From: an uncultured bacterium
Lineage (GTDB): Bacteria > Patescibacteriota > Patescibacteriia > Patescibacteriales > UBA12465
Reading direction: 5' to 3'
Length of the DNA stretch: 64,000 nucleotides
NCBI GenBank assembly: GCA_942492765.1
Contig: OW818634.1
Span: forward strand, 473,159 to 537,158
Part shown: piece after piece, positions 26,377 to 35,881 of the stretch
Layout: every line of letters begins with the position of its first letter
Numbering within the stretch: position 1 is the stretch's first letter
Made by a program: the position numbers and the translations under genes
The notes under the pieces: model-generated
Databases searched by the model: none
Told to the model about the DNA's origin: nothing
What the model saw: only the letters and a program-made list of their open reading frames with translations

Positions 26377-27462
26377 TCAACAAAAGTCCTCAGGACGCAA
26401 ACCGGGATTAAAGATATTTATTTCTCGATATGCCGGAATAACCGATAATGTTCTCATGAAACTGAAGCCTTCGAGCTTGTTCAGGAGGCTGGGGATTATC
26501 GGCCGCCTTGATTCCGCTATTTTAGCTATCTTCTCTAAATCCTTGTTAGTCATAAGAGCGATGGAAAGGAGCGGATCGTGGTTGATGACATGACGGAAAT
26601 TTACCAAAAAATCATAAGCTAGTTCTAAATTCCGAACATCCCGCTGACAATCTTCATCGTCATTTACCTTTTTATAAAAATGGGGGTATTCCCATTGATA
26701 CAAAGCCTCGAAATTTTTAGCGATTTCAGACTTGCAGTAAGACACGGCCCCTTTTTCGCTGCTCTCTTTAATCAAAGAAAATAGGCAATTATCCCAACGT
26801 TCTTGCAAACTATTCCCTAGAAAGAAAAATTCCTTAGGCAATTGTTCGGGGGTGAAAAAACCGCGCCGCAACGCATCTTCGAAATCCGATAAAATAGCGA
26901 TCTTATCGATAATGCTGATGAGCCGATATTCTTGAATCTTGCCAAGATCGTTATCCGGATCCCAATGATGGGAACGATGCTGATATATCCCCTGCAGCGT
27001 TTCCCAGGATAGATTGAGATCATAGATATTTCGGAGAAGGACGACACTCATGACCTCATGGCCGAATTCCCGGCCGGACTTTTTAGTAATGAATCCTTCC
27101 CCAATATGAGCACCAGCGGGATAACCCATATCGTGGCCGAAATATATCGCTCTGGCCAACCCGGTATTAAGTCCCAAGATGCTGGCGGCTTGGGTAATCA
27201 GGGCAAGGCCTTCGATAGTGTGAGATTGTCTGTTTCTTGCCAACGGATCATTGCAGTCAAAGACCTGTTTTTTCCATCTCAGATCTCCAAAAGCCGGGCA
27301 AGAAAATATCTTTATCTCATCTAAAATGAACGGATCAATGACTTGGTTATATAAATATCTAGGACCTCCGTTCGGATAACTCCGCCCTAGGCTGTCCTCC
27401 GACTTGAACGCCTTCCCGGCTAATGAGTCGAGGTAAGGCCGAAAATCGATTTTCTGTTTCAT
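26377..27462 (-). CDS. HD-domain dNTP triphosphohydrolase (dGTPase)-like protein
   Basis: NRQSHTIEGLALITQAASILGLN...YFGHDMGYPAGAHIGE...FGHEVMSV...LSWETLQGIYQH parallels the dGTPase pattern RxxHSLEV...HDxGHxPFGHxGE...FEHNxQS...GIxKH. Confidence 0.65.
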   Translation of the reverse strand: MKQKIDFRPYLDSLAGKAFKSEDSLGRSYPNGGPRYLYNQVIDPFILDEIKIFSCPAFGDLRWKKQVFDCNDPLARNRQSHTIEGLALITQAASILGLNTGLARAIYFGHDMGYPAGAHIGEGFITKKSGREFGHEVMSVVLLRNIYDLNLSWETLQGIYQHRSHHWDPDNDLGKIQEYRLISIIDKIAILSDFEDALRRGFFTPEQLPKEFFFLGNSLQERWDNCLFSLIKESSEKGAVSYCKSEIAKNFEALYQWEYPHFYKKVNDDEDCQRDVRNLELAYDFLVNFRHVINHDPLLSIALMTNKDLEKIAKIAESRRPIIPSLLNKLEGFSFMRTLSVIPAYREINIFNPGLRPEDFC

Positions 27463-27566
27463 TATCTAGAGTTTTATTGGTTTATTTTAAAGTTCAGAAA
27501 TATCTTGATTATCTTTTGATAATCATTTTAGTTTAATGATATATGAGGAAAATGTCAATTGAGATG

Positions 27567-28556
27567 CTACTGCGCCAAAGCGATTATCTCATTGATCAGC
27601 CCTTGATAGCTCAGCCCGGAATCCATCATCAGCATCGGGAACATCGAAATATCCGTGAAACCCGGCAAAGTATTTATCTCATTTATATAAATACGGCCGC
27701 GGCTAAGGAAAAAATCGACGCGCGCGAAGCCTTGGCAGCCAGCTAGACGATAAATCTTTTCTGCCAGTCTCCTAATTTCTTTGGCTTGGGCTAAAGTGAT
27801 CTTGGCTGGAACGACTGCCTGCGCTTCGCCCTTCTTATACTTATCTTCGTAATCGTAAAAATCCTTAGCTAACCGCAATTCTCCTGGTCGGGAGACGAGC
27901 AGCTTCTTGTTGCCCATAACTGCGACCTCTATCTCCTTCGGGCCATCGAGCCCTTCCTCGATGACAATCTTATTATCATGCTTCAAAGCCGCCTTGATAG
28001 CCGGCGCAAGCCCAGCTGACTTAACGACGCGAGTAATGCCGATAGACGAACCGGAATTAGCCGGTTTTACGTAAAGAGGAAATTTTAGGATATTCTTTAT
28101 TCTGTCTAATTCGTGTTTTATCTCTGACGGATTGAAAGCCTGATAATCAAGCACCCCATATCCGACCTGGCGGATATTATTAGCCGTTATAGCGGTCTTG
28201 AAGGCAGCCTTATCCATGCACAACGCCGAGCTAAGCACGCGACATCCACAATACTTTATCTTTTGAGACTCCAAGAGGCTCTGCAAGACGCCATCTTCCC
28301 CATATTTGCCATGCGTCATCAAGAGGGCGGCATCAAATATCCTAGAAAAATCTTCCAGACCGATGCGACGATTAGCCGCTGGCTGCAATTTCTTAATATC
28401 TTTAATGAGATAAAAGCAGCCGTCCTGCTTGCGCCAATAAATCAGAGCTAGCCTATACTTCTTATAGTCGAAATTCTTCGCTACGTTGCCAGCAGAAACG
28501 ACAGACACGTCATGCTCGTTGCTCAGGCCGCCGAAAAATAAGCCGATGGTTTTCAT
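27567..28556 (-). CDS. ddl: D-alanine--D-alanine ligase
   Basis: MKTIGLFFGGLSNEHDVSVVSA start, ATP-grasp body, C-terminal EINTLPGFT. Confidence 0.9.
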   Translation of the reverse strand: MKTIGLFFGGLSNEHDVSVVSAGNVAKNFDYKKYRLALIYWRKQDGCFYLIKDIKKLQPAANRRIGLEDFSRIFDAALLMTHGKYGEDGVLQSLLESQKIKYCGCRVLSSALCMDKAAFKTAITANNIRQVGYGVLDYQAFNPSEIKHELDRIKNILKFPLYVKPANSGSSIGITRVVKSAGLAPAIKAALKHDNKIVIEEGLDGPKEIEVAVMGNKKLLVSRPGELRLAKDFYDYEDKYKKGEAQAVVPAKITLAQAKEIRRLAEKIYRLAGCQGFARVDFFLSRGRIYINEINTLPGFTDISMFPMLMMDSGLSYQGLINEIIALAQ

Positions 28557-28640
28557 AATGTTAGAAAAATATTTAAAATATGATTATATTATAGGCCGGA
28601 ACCGGATATTTTTAAAGATGAGGCGTATTATGCCAGAATC

Positions 28641-28669
28641 TTGACAATCTCAAAAATCCACTTTAATAT
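28641..28669 (+). promoter_or_regulatory. near-consensus sigma70-like promoter of an orphan transcription unit
   Basis: -35 TTGACA 28641-28646, 17-nt spacer, -10 TAATAT 28664-28669. Confidence 0.6.
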
Positions 28670-28687
28670 AAAGGCAAAACGAACGAT

Positions 28688-28903
28688 ATGGAAATTAGTT
28701 CTTTCTCAATCGTCTTCGTTTGTCTCCTCTCAATGGCCCTCCCTTTGATTAACACTTGCGTTCCAGATCCTATGGAAACGCCGATCAACGGGAAACTGCC
28801 GTCTATCTACGACGGCGGCCCCAGCCAAAAATCACCCTTTTTAAACGGTTACAAAACACTATTGGGTGACGAGCTGGTACCACTTACCGGAGACCGAAGA
28901 TGA
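28688..28903 (+). CDS. possible small secreted peptide (71 aa); coding status uncertain
   Basis: Only sizeable ORF in the promoter-to-terminator unit. Hydrophobic N-terminus MEISSFSIVFVCLLSMALPLINTC. No clear SD. The region also folds into many hairpins. Confidence 0.3.
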   Translation: MEISSFSIVFVCLLSMALPLINTCVPDPMETPINGKLPSIYDGGPSQKSPFLNGYKTLLGDELVPLTGDRR

Positions 28904-29027
28904 GGCGTAATGTGCAGGAAAGCGTTGATTTATTTTTTTCAACGGCCCATTATGCCGACGACTCCATCTTTCCATTTTAATATTATTTATTAACATGGAT
29001 TGAAAATTTTTATTTAAGCTGAGAAAA

Positions 29028-29056
29028 GGCGAACGAAACATTGTTCGCCTTTTTTA
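29028..29056 (+). terminator. rho-independent terminator closing the orphan unit
   Basis: GGCGAAC-gaaacatt-GTTCGCC followed by TTTTTT. Confidence 0.75.
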
Positions 29057-29117
29057 TTTGCAAACAGCTAGGCTCGTCCACCTTTCCGCTCGACCCCAAA
29101 AATGGTAAAATTACTAT

Positions 29118-31904
29118 ATGTCTAAAACTAAACCCAAACTCATCATCATTGACGGAAATGCCCTTATTCATCGCAGTTTCCACGCTATTCCCCCGACCCT
29201 AAGAACTAAGGACGGCCAGATGGTCAACGCTGTCTATGGCTTCACCTCCTTCCTGCTCAAGGCTCTAAATGAATTCCATCCGGAGTACGTCGTCCTGACC
29301 TTAGATAGGAAGGCTCCGACCTTCCGCCATGAGGCTTACACGGATTATAAGGCGACGCGCGTCAAGGCGCCAGACGAATTATATGAACAGATTCCTTATG
29401 TAAAAAAAGTAGCGGCAGCTTTCAATATCCCGATCTTCGAGCTCGACGGCTATGAGGCTGACGACCTGATCGGCACTATCTGCGAGCAGACCAAGAAGCA
29501 TAAGAACCTGGAGAACATAATCATTACCGGTGACCTAGATACGCTCCAGCTTATCGACGATAAGACGAAAGTCTATACCATGAGCCGCGGCCTGTCCGAT
29601 AGCGTCTTATACGGAGTTGACCAGGTTAAAGAACGCTATAATCTTCAGCCCGACCAAGTTATCGATTACAAAGCTTTGCGCGGCGATGTCAGCGACAATA
29701 TTCCTGGAGTAAAAGGCATCGGCGAGAAGACGGCCAGCGACCTGCTAGTAGAATTCAAGACCTTGGACGGAGTCTACAAGGCCGTTGAAAAAGATAGCGA
29801 AAAAATTAGGCCGCGAATCTTAGAACTATTAAAAGCGAACAAAGCTAATGCTTATATGAGTCGGGAGCTCGCGACGATTAATCTGGAGGCGCCTATAAAA
29901 TTCTCTCTGACCGACGTAGAATTCTCCTCTTTTAAATTGGATAATGTCATGACTCTTTTCAGTGAACTAGAATTCCGCTCTCTCCTTAATAAAGTGAAAG
30001 ATGTCAGAGACGCCCTTAATAAAGCTCATGGCGGACGAGCCGAAACCGAGACTGAAACTACGGGAATAGAAACTAAAGACAAGAGCAGAAAGATGGAATC
30101 GACGAAATTCGCGCGCAACGCCAAAAAATTCGACTATCAGCTGATAGATGACGATAAGAAATTCACAGCCTTCTTGAAAAAGATAAAGACACGAAAAGAC
30201 TTCACCTATGACACAGAGACTTCCGGCCTTGATCCGATAACGGCCGAACTCTTAGGCGTCAGTTTCTCCTGGAAAGAAGGCGAAGCTTATTTCATCTTGG
30301 CCGATGCTAAGCGTCTAGAAGCTTTGCGGCCGATCCTGGAAAATCCGCAAATCAAGAAATATGGGCATAATCTCAAATTCGATTGGCGGGTTCTTAAGAA
30401 TCAAGGCATCGACGTGCAGGGACTGTCATTCGATACGATGATCGCGTCATACCTGCTTAATCCTTCCAGCCGCCAGCATAATCTTGATTCACTCGTCTTT
30501 ACCGAACTGGGATTCGAGAAGATCAGCAAGGCCGATTTAGCCAGCTCCCAGCCGACCCAGATGGCGCTTGATTTCAAAGCATTAGACGCTGATAAATTAA
30601 GCCTCTACTCTTGCGAGGACGCCGATTTCACTAACCGCCTCGTCGCGATCTTGTCGAAGCGGCTTAAAGAAGAAAAGCTCGAGGAGCTGTTCGCTAAGAT
30701 TGAGATGCCGCTCATTCCGATCTTAGGCGCCATGGAAAATAACGGCATCAAGATGGAAACAGCGCCGCTCTCAAAACTGAGCGCCGAGGTCGCCGCCAAA
30801 TTAGAAAAACTGGAAAAAGAGATTCATAAATTAGCCGGGAGTAAATTCAATATCAATTCCACCAAGCAATTGAAGGAAGTGCTGTTCGAGAAACTAGAGA
30901 TACCGACTGATAACCTGAAGAAGACTAAGACCGGCTTCTCCACGGCTGAAGATGAGCTGATCAAGATGCGCGACTTGCATCCGATCATCCCCTTCATCCA
31001 GGACTACCGAGAATTGAATAAGCTGCAGACGACTTATCTGAGCGCTTTGCCGCTCATGATCAACCCAAAAACCGGACGCATCCACACCAGCTTCAATCAG
31101 ACGATTACCGCGACCGGGCGCCTATCATCAACCGAGCCGAATCTGCAGAATATCCCAACCCGCACTGAAGAGGGCCAGAAGATCCGAAGCGCTTTCGTCG
31201 CCGCATCAGGCTACGAGCTGGCCGGATTCGATTATTCGCAAATTGAGCTGCGCTTGGCGGCCCATATTTCCGGCGACAAAAAGATGATTGCTACCTTCAA
31301 TGACGGCGAGGACATCCATAGCGCGACGGCGGCAGAAATAAATGAAGTGGCGCTCGCAGACGTGACTAAACAGATGCGCCGCGAAGCTAAGGCTATTAAT
31401 TTCGGCATTATTTACGGCCAGGGACCGCACGGGCTCAGCCAAGGCGCCGGCATCTCTTACGCGCGCGCCAGCGAATTCATCAAAAAATATTTTCTCACTT
31501 ACCCGAATATCAAGAAAATGATGGACTCTTCCATCAAGGAGGCGCAAGAAAAAGGCTACGCCATCACGCTCTTCGGCCGCAAGCGCTCCTTGCCGGAAAT
31601 AACTTCATCGATTCCGGCTATACGCCGCAGCGCCGAACGCATGGCCATAAATACACCACTCCAAGGCACGGCCGCCGATCTGATAAAGATAGCGATGATC
31701 GAGATTGCGAAACTCTTAGAAGGAAAAGAAGGCGAGATCAAGATGCTCCTCCAAGTGCATGACGAATTAATATTTGAGATCAGGAAAGACAAGTTAGAAG
31801 CTTATCTGCCCCAGATAAAAAAAATCATGGAATCCGGCCTCAAGCTGCGCGTGCCGATACTCGTCGAGGAGAACTCTGGCCATAGCTGGGGCGAGCTGAA
31901 GTAG
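29118..31904 (+). CDS. polA: DNA polymerase I (5'-3' exo, 3'-5' exo-like and polymerase domains)
   Basis: LIIIDGNALIHRSFHA, DNIPGVKGIGEKTA, YDTETSGLD, and pol motifs DYSQIELRLAAH, RREAKAINFGIIYG, QVHDEL. Confidence 0.95.
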   Translation: MSKTKPKLIIIDGNALIHRSFHAIPPTLRTKDGQMVNAVYGFTSFLLKALNEFHPEYVVLTLDRKAPTFRHEAYTDYKATRVKAPDELYEQIPYVKKVAAAFNIPIFELDGYEADDLIGTICEQTKKHKNLENIIITGDLDTLQLIDDKTKVYTMSRGLSDSVLYGVDQVKERYNLQPDQVIDYKALRGDVSDNIPGVKGIGEKTASDLLVEFKTLDGVYKAVEKDSEKIRPRILELLKANKANAYMSRELATINLEAPIKFSLTDVEFSSFKLDNVMTLFSELEFRSLLNKVKDVRDALNKAHGGRAETETETTGIETKDKSRKMESTKFARNAKKFDYQLIDDDKKFTAFLKKIKTRKDFTYDTETSGLDPITAELLGVSFSWKEGEAYFILADAKRLEALRPILENPQIKKYGHNLKFDWRVLKNQGIDVQGLSFDTMIASYLLNPSSRQHNLDSLVFTELGFEKISKADLASSQPTQMALDFKALDADKLSLYSCEDADFTNRLVAILSKRLKEEKLEELFAKIEMPLIPILGAMENNGIKMETAPLSKLSAEVAAKLEKLEKEIHKLAGSKFNINSTKQLKEVLFEKLEIPTDNLKKTKTGFSTAEDELIKMRDLHPIIPFIQDYRELNKLQTTYLSALPLMINPKTGRIHTSFNQTITATGRLSSTEPNLQNIPTRTEEGQKIRSAFVAASGYELAGFDYSQIELRLAAHISGDKKMIATFNDGEDIHSATAAEINEVALADVTKQMRREAKAINFGIIYGQGPHGLSQGAGISYARASEFIKKYFLTYPNIKKMMDSSIKEAQEKGYAITLFGRKRSLPEITSSIPAIRRSAERMAINTPLQGTAADLIKIAMIEIAKLLEGKEGEIKMLLQVHDELIFEIRKDKLEAYLPQIKKIMESGLKLRVPILVEENSGHSWGELK

Positions 31905-31944
31905 CCCTCGAAAATAAAAAGCCGTATCTAAAAAGATACGGCTA

Positions 31945-32415
31945 TCAATTACCGAACAGCAGATCGGACATCCACGGCGATAATAAGAGGAGAATGACTA
32001 AAAGGGTCATGAAAGTCAGAGAAGCGGTCAATCCGTACAGCATGCCACCGTAAATGACTGAAAAGACCATCCCGCCGGCAGCGACCGTAATTATCAGCAG
32101 ATAATGCATAATCGTGGCCGTCTCTCTCTTGAACCATTTCGAAACGGTCATCCAATAGAGCAACGTGATCAGAAAAGAGCTGAAGACGAAATTCCATGAT
32201 GAGGGAATGAAATACTCTGTATCAATCCGAGTGAACATCGCGATATCTTTCTCTGTCATATCCGGCAGAGCGCCATACTTCTGGCTCAACAAATAAAGGG
32301 CTAGATTAGGCGACAAAACGACAACGACCAGAAAGAACTTTAGGACCATTTCTACTAAAGTGACCCAAAATATCTTTCTTCGAGCCCAAAGATAATTCTT
32401 ATTTTTGGCTTCCAT
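31945..32415 (-). CDS. hypothetical integral membrane protein
   Basis: Four hydrophobic segments. Start moved to MEAKNKNY (32415) so it no longer overlaps divergent murD. Confidence 0.5.
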   Translation of the reverse strand: MEAKNKNYLWARRKIFWVTLVEMVLKFFLVVVVLSPNLALYLLSQKYGALPDMTEKDIAMFTRIDTEYFIPSSWNFVFSSFLITLLYWMTVSKWFKRETATIMHYLLIITVAAGGMVFSVIYGGMLYGLTASLTFMTLLVILLLLSPWMSDLLFGN

Positions 32416-32464
32416 GTTTTCTTTTTTTATAGAACTGCTAATATCTAACCATAGAATCAACCAA

Positions 32465-33802
32465 ATGTCCATAATAGCAAAAAACGCCGAAAAAATCAGA
32501 TTGGCTGAGCTCGGAACCAAGAAAATTGCCCTGCTCGGCTTTGGCCTGGATAATCAGGCTCTTTTAGCTTTACTGGAAAAACATAAGATAAAAGCGGAAA
32601 TCACCATCTGCGATGCCCGCCCCTTATCCGTTCTGCCCGCAGCCAGATCAGCTTATTCTAAGATAGATTTCCGACTCGGCGCGGCTTTCAATAAGGACTT
32701 GTACGAATTCGATATTCTTTTCCGCTCCCCAGGCTGGCCAGTCGCCTGTCCGGGAATCCGGGAAGCCCTAAAGAAAGGCCGGACTGAATTATCCAGCCCC
32801 CTCAACCTCTTCTTCTCTCTCTGCCCATCCAAGAACATCATCGGCGTAACCGGAACTAAAGGAAAAGGGACCACCGCCAGCCTGATTTATAAAATATTAA
32901 AAGACGCGGACAAACGCGTCTTCCTCGGTGGCAATATCGGCATACCGCCGCTAAGCTTCTTAGATAAGATCAAGCCGACTGACTATGTCGTCTTGGAATT
33001 ATCCAGCTTCCAACTAGAAGATCTTAAATATTCGCCGCGCTGGGCCGTCATTACTAATCTATTCAAAGAACACCTCGCTCCAGCTGATCCTAATAATCCT
33101 AATTTCCATCCTTCTTATGAGGCCTATTGGCGAGCAAAATTACAAATCGCTAAGAATGCGAACAATAAATATCTCATAATAAATGAGGTTTTGGCTGCTA
33201 AGGCCAAGGCGGCTAAGCTGAGGGCGAAAATAATCTATTTTTCACCCAGTTCCCTGCCATCGAGATTAGTCGGCGACTTCAATCGCCAGAATATCGCCGC
33301 CGCGGTCGCCATCGCCCAGCTTTTAAAGATAAAAACGGGCGCTTACCAGAAGACCGTCGCCAATTTTTCTAACCTCGAACATCGTTTAGAGTTTGTCAAA
33401 GAGACAAAAGGCGTCAAATATTTTGACAATAGCTTCTCGACTACGCCCGAGAGCACAGAACTAGACCTGGAATCTTTTTCCGCGCCAATAATCCTCATCG
33501 CTGGCGGATCAGACAAAGGAGCTGATTTCCGTCCTCTAGCCAAGACTATCAGGCAGCGCGTAAAATTATTGATCCTGCTCCCAGGAAAGGCGACGCCGCG
33601 ACTAAAAAAGACAGTTGAGACGAGCGGCCTTTCAAAAAATCGCTTAAAAATGGCGGCCGATATGAAAAAGGCCGTTACTCTCGCCAAAGCAGCCAGCGCG
33701 CCCGGCGACGTTATCCTGCTCTCAACTGCCTGTGCGAGCTTCGGAATCTTCAAGAATTACAAAGAACGCGGCGACCTCTTCAAAAAATATGTCAGAGAAT
33801 AA
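32465..33802 (+). CDS. murD: UDP-N-acetylmuramoylalanine--D-glutamate ligase
   Basis: Rossmann-like N-terminus KIALLGFGLDNQAL, P-loop GVTGTKGKGTT, MurD-sized. ATG at 32465 preferred. Confidence 0.8.
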   Translation: MSIIAKNAEKIRLAELGTKKIALLGFGLDNQALLALLEKHKIKAEITICDARPLSVLPAARSAYSKIDFRLGAAFNKDLYEFDILFRSPGWPVACPGIREALKKGRTELSSPLNLFFSLCPSKNIIGVTGTKGKGTTASLIYKILKDADKRVFLGGNIGIPPLSFLDKIKPTDYVVLELSSFQLEDLKYSPRWAVITNLFKEHLAPADPNNPNFHPSYEAYWRAKLQIAKNANNKYLIINEVLAAKAKAAKLRAKIIYFSPSSLPSRLVGDFNRQNIAAAVAIAQLLKIKTGAYQKTVANFSNLEHRLEFVKETKGVKYFDNSFSTTPESTELDLESFSAPIILIAGGSDKGADFRPLAKTIRQRVKLLILLPGKATPRLKKTVETSGLSKNRLKMAADMKKAVTLAKAASAPGDVILLSTACASFGIFKNYKERGDLFKKYVRE

Positions 33803-34628
33803 GAAAGAAAATCCTAAGAATATAATCGGCGTCTTCGATTCGGGTCTCGGCGGCCTGACAGTCTTGAAATACTTCTTGCGCGACCTGCCGGATTACAATT
33901 ATATATATCTCGGAGATAATGCCCGCCTGCCTTATGGCGAAAAATCTCAAGAGACTATCTATGAATACTCCCGCGAAGCTGTCGACTTCTTATTTGCCGC
34001 CGGCTGCAATCTAGTAATCATCGCTTGCAATACCGCCTCCTCCCAGGCGCTACGACGCCTGCAGCAAGAATATCTGCCAAGTGCTTATCCGGATCGCCGT
34101 ATCCTAGGCGTCATCAGGCCGCTAGCTGAAGCGATCGCGAATAACACTAAAATAAAATCTGTCGGCATCATCGGCACCAAGGCCACCATAAAATCCAACG
34201 CCTACAAGCTAGAACTGGAAAAATTAAAGCCGGAACTGAAGATAGAGCAGCAAGCCACCCCGTTGCTCGTGCCTCTTATCGAAGAGGGCTGGGCTCATAA
34301 GCCGGAAACTAAGATGATCCTGAAAAAATACCTGAGGCCGCTCAAAGCTAAACAGATTGACGCGCTGGTCCTGGGCTGTACGCACTACCCTTTCCTGCAC
34401 AAGGAAATAGCTAGTATCATGGGACGACGCATCTTCGTGCCGCAACCTGGAGAAATAATCGCCAGAAGTCTAGCTGATTATCTTATTCGCCATGAAGAAC
34501 TAGGATTGAAGCCGTCTGCTGACCACAAATATAAATTCTATACGACCGATGATACGCGTTCGTTCCAAGAGTGGGGCGAAAAATTCCTGGGGCGGAAGAT
34601 AGATGATCTAGAACAAATCAAATTATGA
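33789..34628 (+). CDS. murI: glutamate racemase
   Basis: IGVFDSGLGGLTV, IIACNTAS, LVLGCTHYPF (the two catalytic Cys motifs). ATG at 33789. Confidence 0.9.
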   Translation: MSENKKENPKNIIGVFDSGLGGLTVLKYFLRDLPDYNYIYLGDNARLPYGEKSQETIYEYSREAVDFLFAAGCNLVIIACNTASSQALRRLQQEYLPSAYPDRRILGVIRPLAEAIANNTKIKSVGIIGTKATIKSNAYKLELEKLKPELKIEQQATPLLVPLIEEGWAHKPETKMILKKYLRPLKAKQIDALVLGCTHYPFLHKEIASIMGRRIFVPQPGEIIARSLADYLIRHEELGLKPSADHKYKFYTTDDTRSFQEWGEKFLGRKIDDLEQIKL

Positions 34629-35587
34629 TAATCTCCCTTTACGGCGCCGATTCTTTCCGGTCTCGGCGCTTCCTGCAAGAACTTAAGAATAAATTCATCA
34701 AGGATGTGGACCCGAATTCCCATAGTTTCAGCGTGGTCGACGGAGCAACCGCGACTCTAGGCAGCATCAGCGAACAAATAAATACCGGGTCCCTCTTCGT
34801 CAAAAAAAGATTCGTCGTCATTGAGAATATTTTCAAAAATAAATCAGAAAAGATCTTCAGCGAGCTGGCTCCCTATCTGGAAAAACTAGCCAAGAGCGAC
34901 GACAACATCTTAATCTTCCGCGATGAAGATATCGAGGGCAAGACTATGAAGGCGCCGGCTAAGAAATTATTAGCCTTCTTCAAGCTCCAGCCTTATACCC
35001 AAGAATTCAAGGAGCTTCTTCCGGCTCAGCTCGCTTCCTTCATCAAGAAAGAAGCGGCGCTATATGATAAAGATATTAGCGCTCCAGCCGCTTCTCTCTT
35101 GATCGATTTGACCGGAGGCGATCTTTGGCAAATCAGCGCCGAAGTAAAAAAACTATCCTTCCGGAATGATGAGAAAATAATCAGTTCAGAAATGATTAAA
35201 GAAATGGTTCCGGGATCTTATGATGAAAACATCTTCGGCCTGACCGACGCTATCAGCGCAAAAAACCGAAAGATGGCTATCAGCTTGCTAGAAGAACAAT
35301 ATGCCGCCGGGCTAAGCGATGAGTACTTATTGACTATGCTCATCCGCCAATTCAAGATATTGCTCCAGATCCGTGAAGCTCTCGATGCTAATACAAACCC
35401 GGCCGATATCGCTAGCCGCCTGAAAGTTCATCCTTATGTCGCAAAAAAAGGCGCGCAGCAAGCCAGGAATTTCAGCGCCCCCGTCCTAAAAGATTACCTT
35501 AATCGCCTAGTCTATCTGGACTTTTCCAATAAGACCGGGCGCGGCGACATCAAAACTGAGCTCAGCCTGCTTATTTCCGCCCTTTAA
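34625..35587 (+). CDS. holA: DNA polymerase III delta subunit
   Basis: MIISLYGADSFRSRRFL start, 320 aa, ATGA overlap with murI, typical HolA length and helical C-terminus. Confidence 0.7.
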   Translation: MIISLYGADSFRSRRFLQELKNKFIKDVDPNSHSFSVVDGATATLGSISEQINTGSLFVKKRFVVIENIFKNKSEKIFSELAPYLEKLAKSDDNILIFRDEDIEGKTMKAPAKKLLAFFKLQPYTQEFKELLPAQLASFIKKEAALYDKDISAPAASLLIDLTGGDLWQISAEVKKLSFRNDEKIISSEMIKEMVPGSYDENIFGLTDAISAKNRKMAISLLEEQYAAGLSDEYLLTMLIRQFKILLQIREALDANTNPADIASRLKVHPYVAKKGAQQARNFSAPVLKDYLNRLVYLDFSNKTGRGDIKTELSLLISAL

Positions 35588-35602
35588 TAAAATCACGAAA
35601 GC

Positions 35603-35631
35603 TTGCCTTTTTATTTATTATTTGTTATATT
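35603..35631 (+). promoter_or_regulatory. sigma70-like promoter of the tRNA cluster
   Basis: -35 TTGCCT 35603-35608, 17-nt spacer, -10 TATATT 35626-35631, 17 nt before tRNA-Ile. Confidence 0.55.
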
Positions 35632-35648
35632 TTTACTCGTAAAATTAC

Positions 35649-35725
35649 GGGCAATTAGCTCAGTTGGTTAGAGCGCAACACTGATAATGTTGAGGTCGGA
35701 GGTTCGAATCCTCCATTGCCCACCA
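35649..35725 (+). tRNA. tRNA-Ile(GAU), CCA encoded
   Basis: GGGCAAT/ATTGCCC acceptor, CAACA-CTGATAA-TGTTG anticodon arm, GGAGG-TTCGAAT-CCTCC T-arm, then ACCA. Confidence 0.95.
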
Positions 35726-35784
35726 ATTTTCCAGAATTGATCAGTCCGCCGGAGAAAAACATGATAGCCAAGCCAATAAATCAT

Positions 35785-35857
35785 AGCGGGGTAGAGCAGT
35801 TGGCAGCTCGCTAGGCCCATAACCTAGAGGTCGTCGGTTCGAGTCCGACCCCCGCAA
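35785..35857 (+). tRNA. tRNA-Met(CAU), initiator-like (1:72 mismatch)
   Basis: AGCGGGG/CCCCGCA acceptor with A1 opposite A72, CTAGG-CCCATAA-CCTAG anticodon arm (C at position 33), GTCGG-TTCGAGT-CCGAC T-arm. Confidence 0.8.
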
Positions 35858-35881
35858 CAGGATAGTTTAACAAATAAATAC

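Noticed and set aside
27601-27616. The string TAGCTCAGC, resembling the tRNA-Ala D-arm, considered as a possible attR/tRNA remnant marking the island end.
   Set aside because: Only a 9-nt match, inside the well-conserved C-terminal coding region of ddl (GLSYQGL). No wider similarity to the tRNA. Serine integrases do not need long direct repeats anyway.
28641-29056. Tested the orphan unit as RNase P RNA, tmRNA, SRP RNA or 6S RNA.
   Set aside because: I could not find GGAAAGUCCGG / ACAGAAnCCGGCUUA (RNase P), a GGGG...UUCGAC 5' end with a T-arm/ACCA 3' end or tag ORF (tmRNA), or GGAAG...AGCAGCC (SRP) on either strand. The size is wrong for 6S. Kept only as an unclassified candidate.
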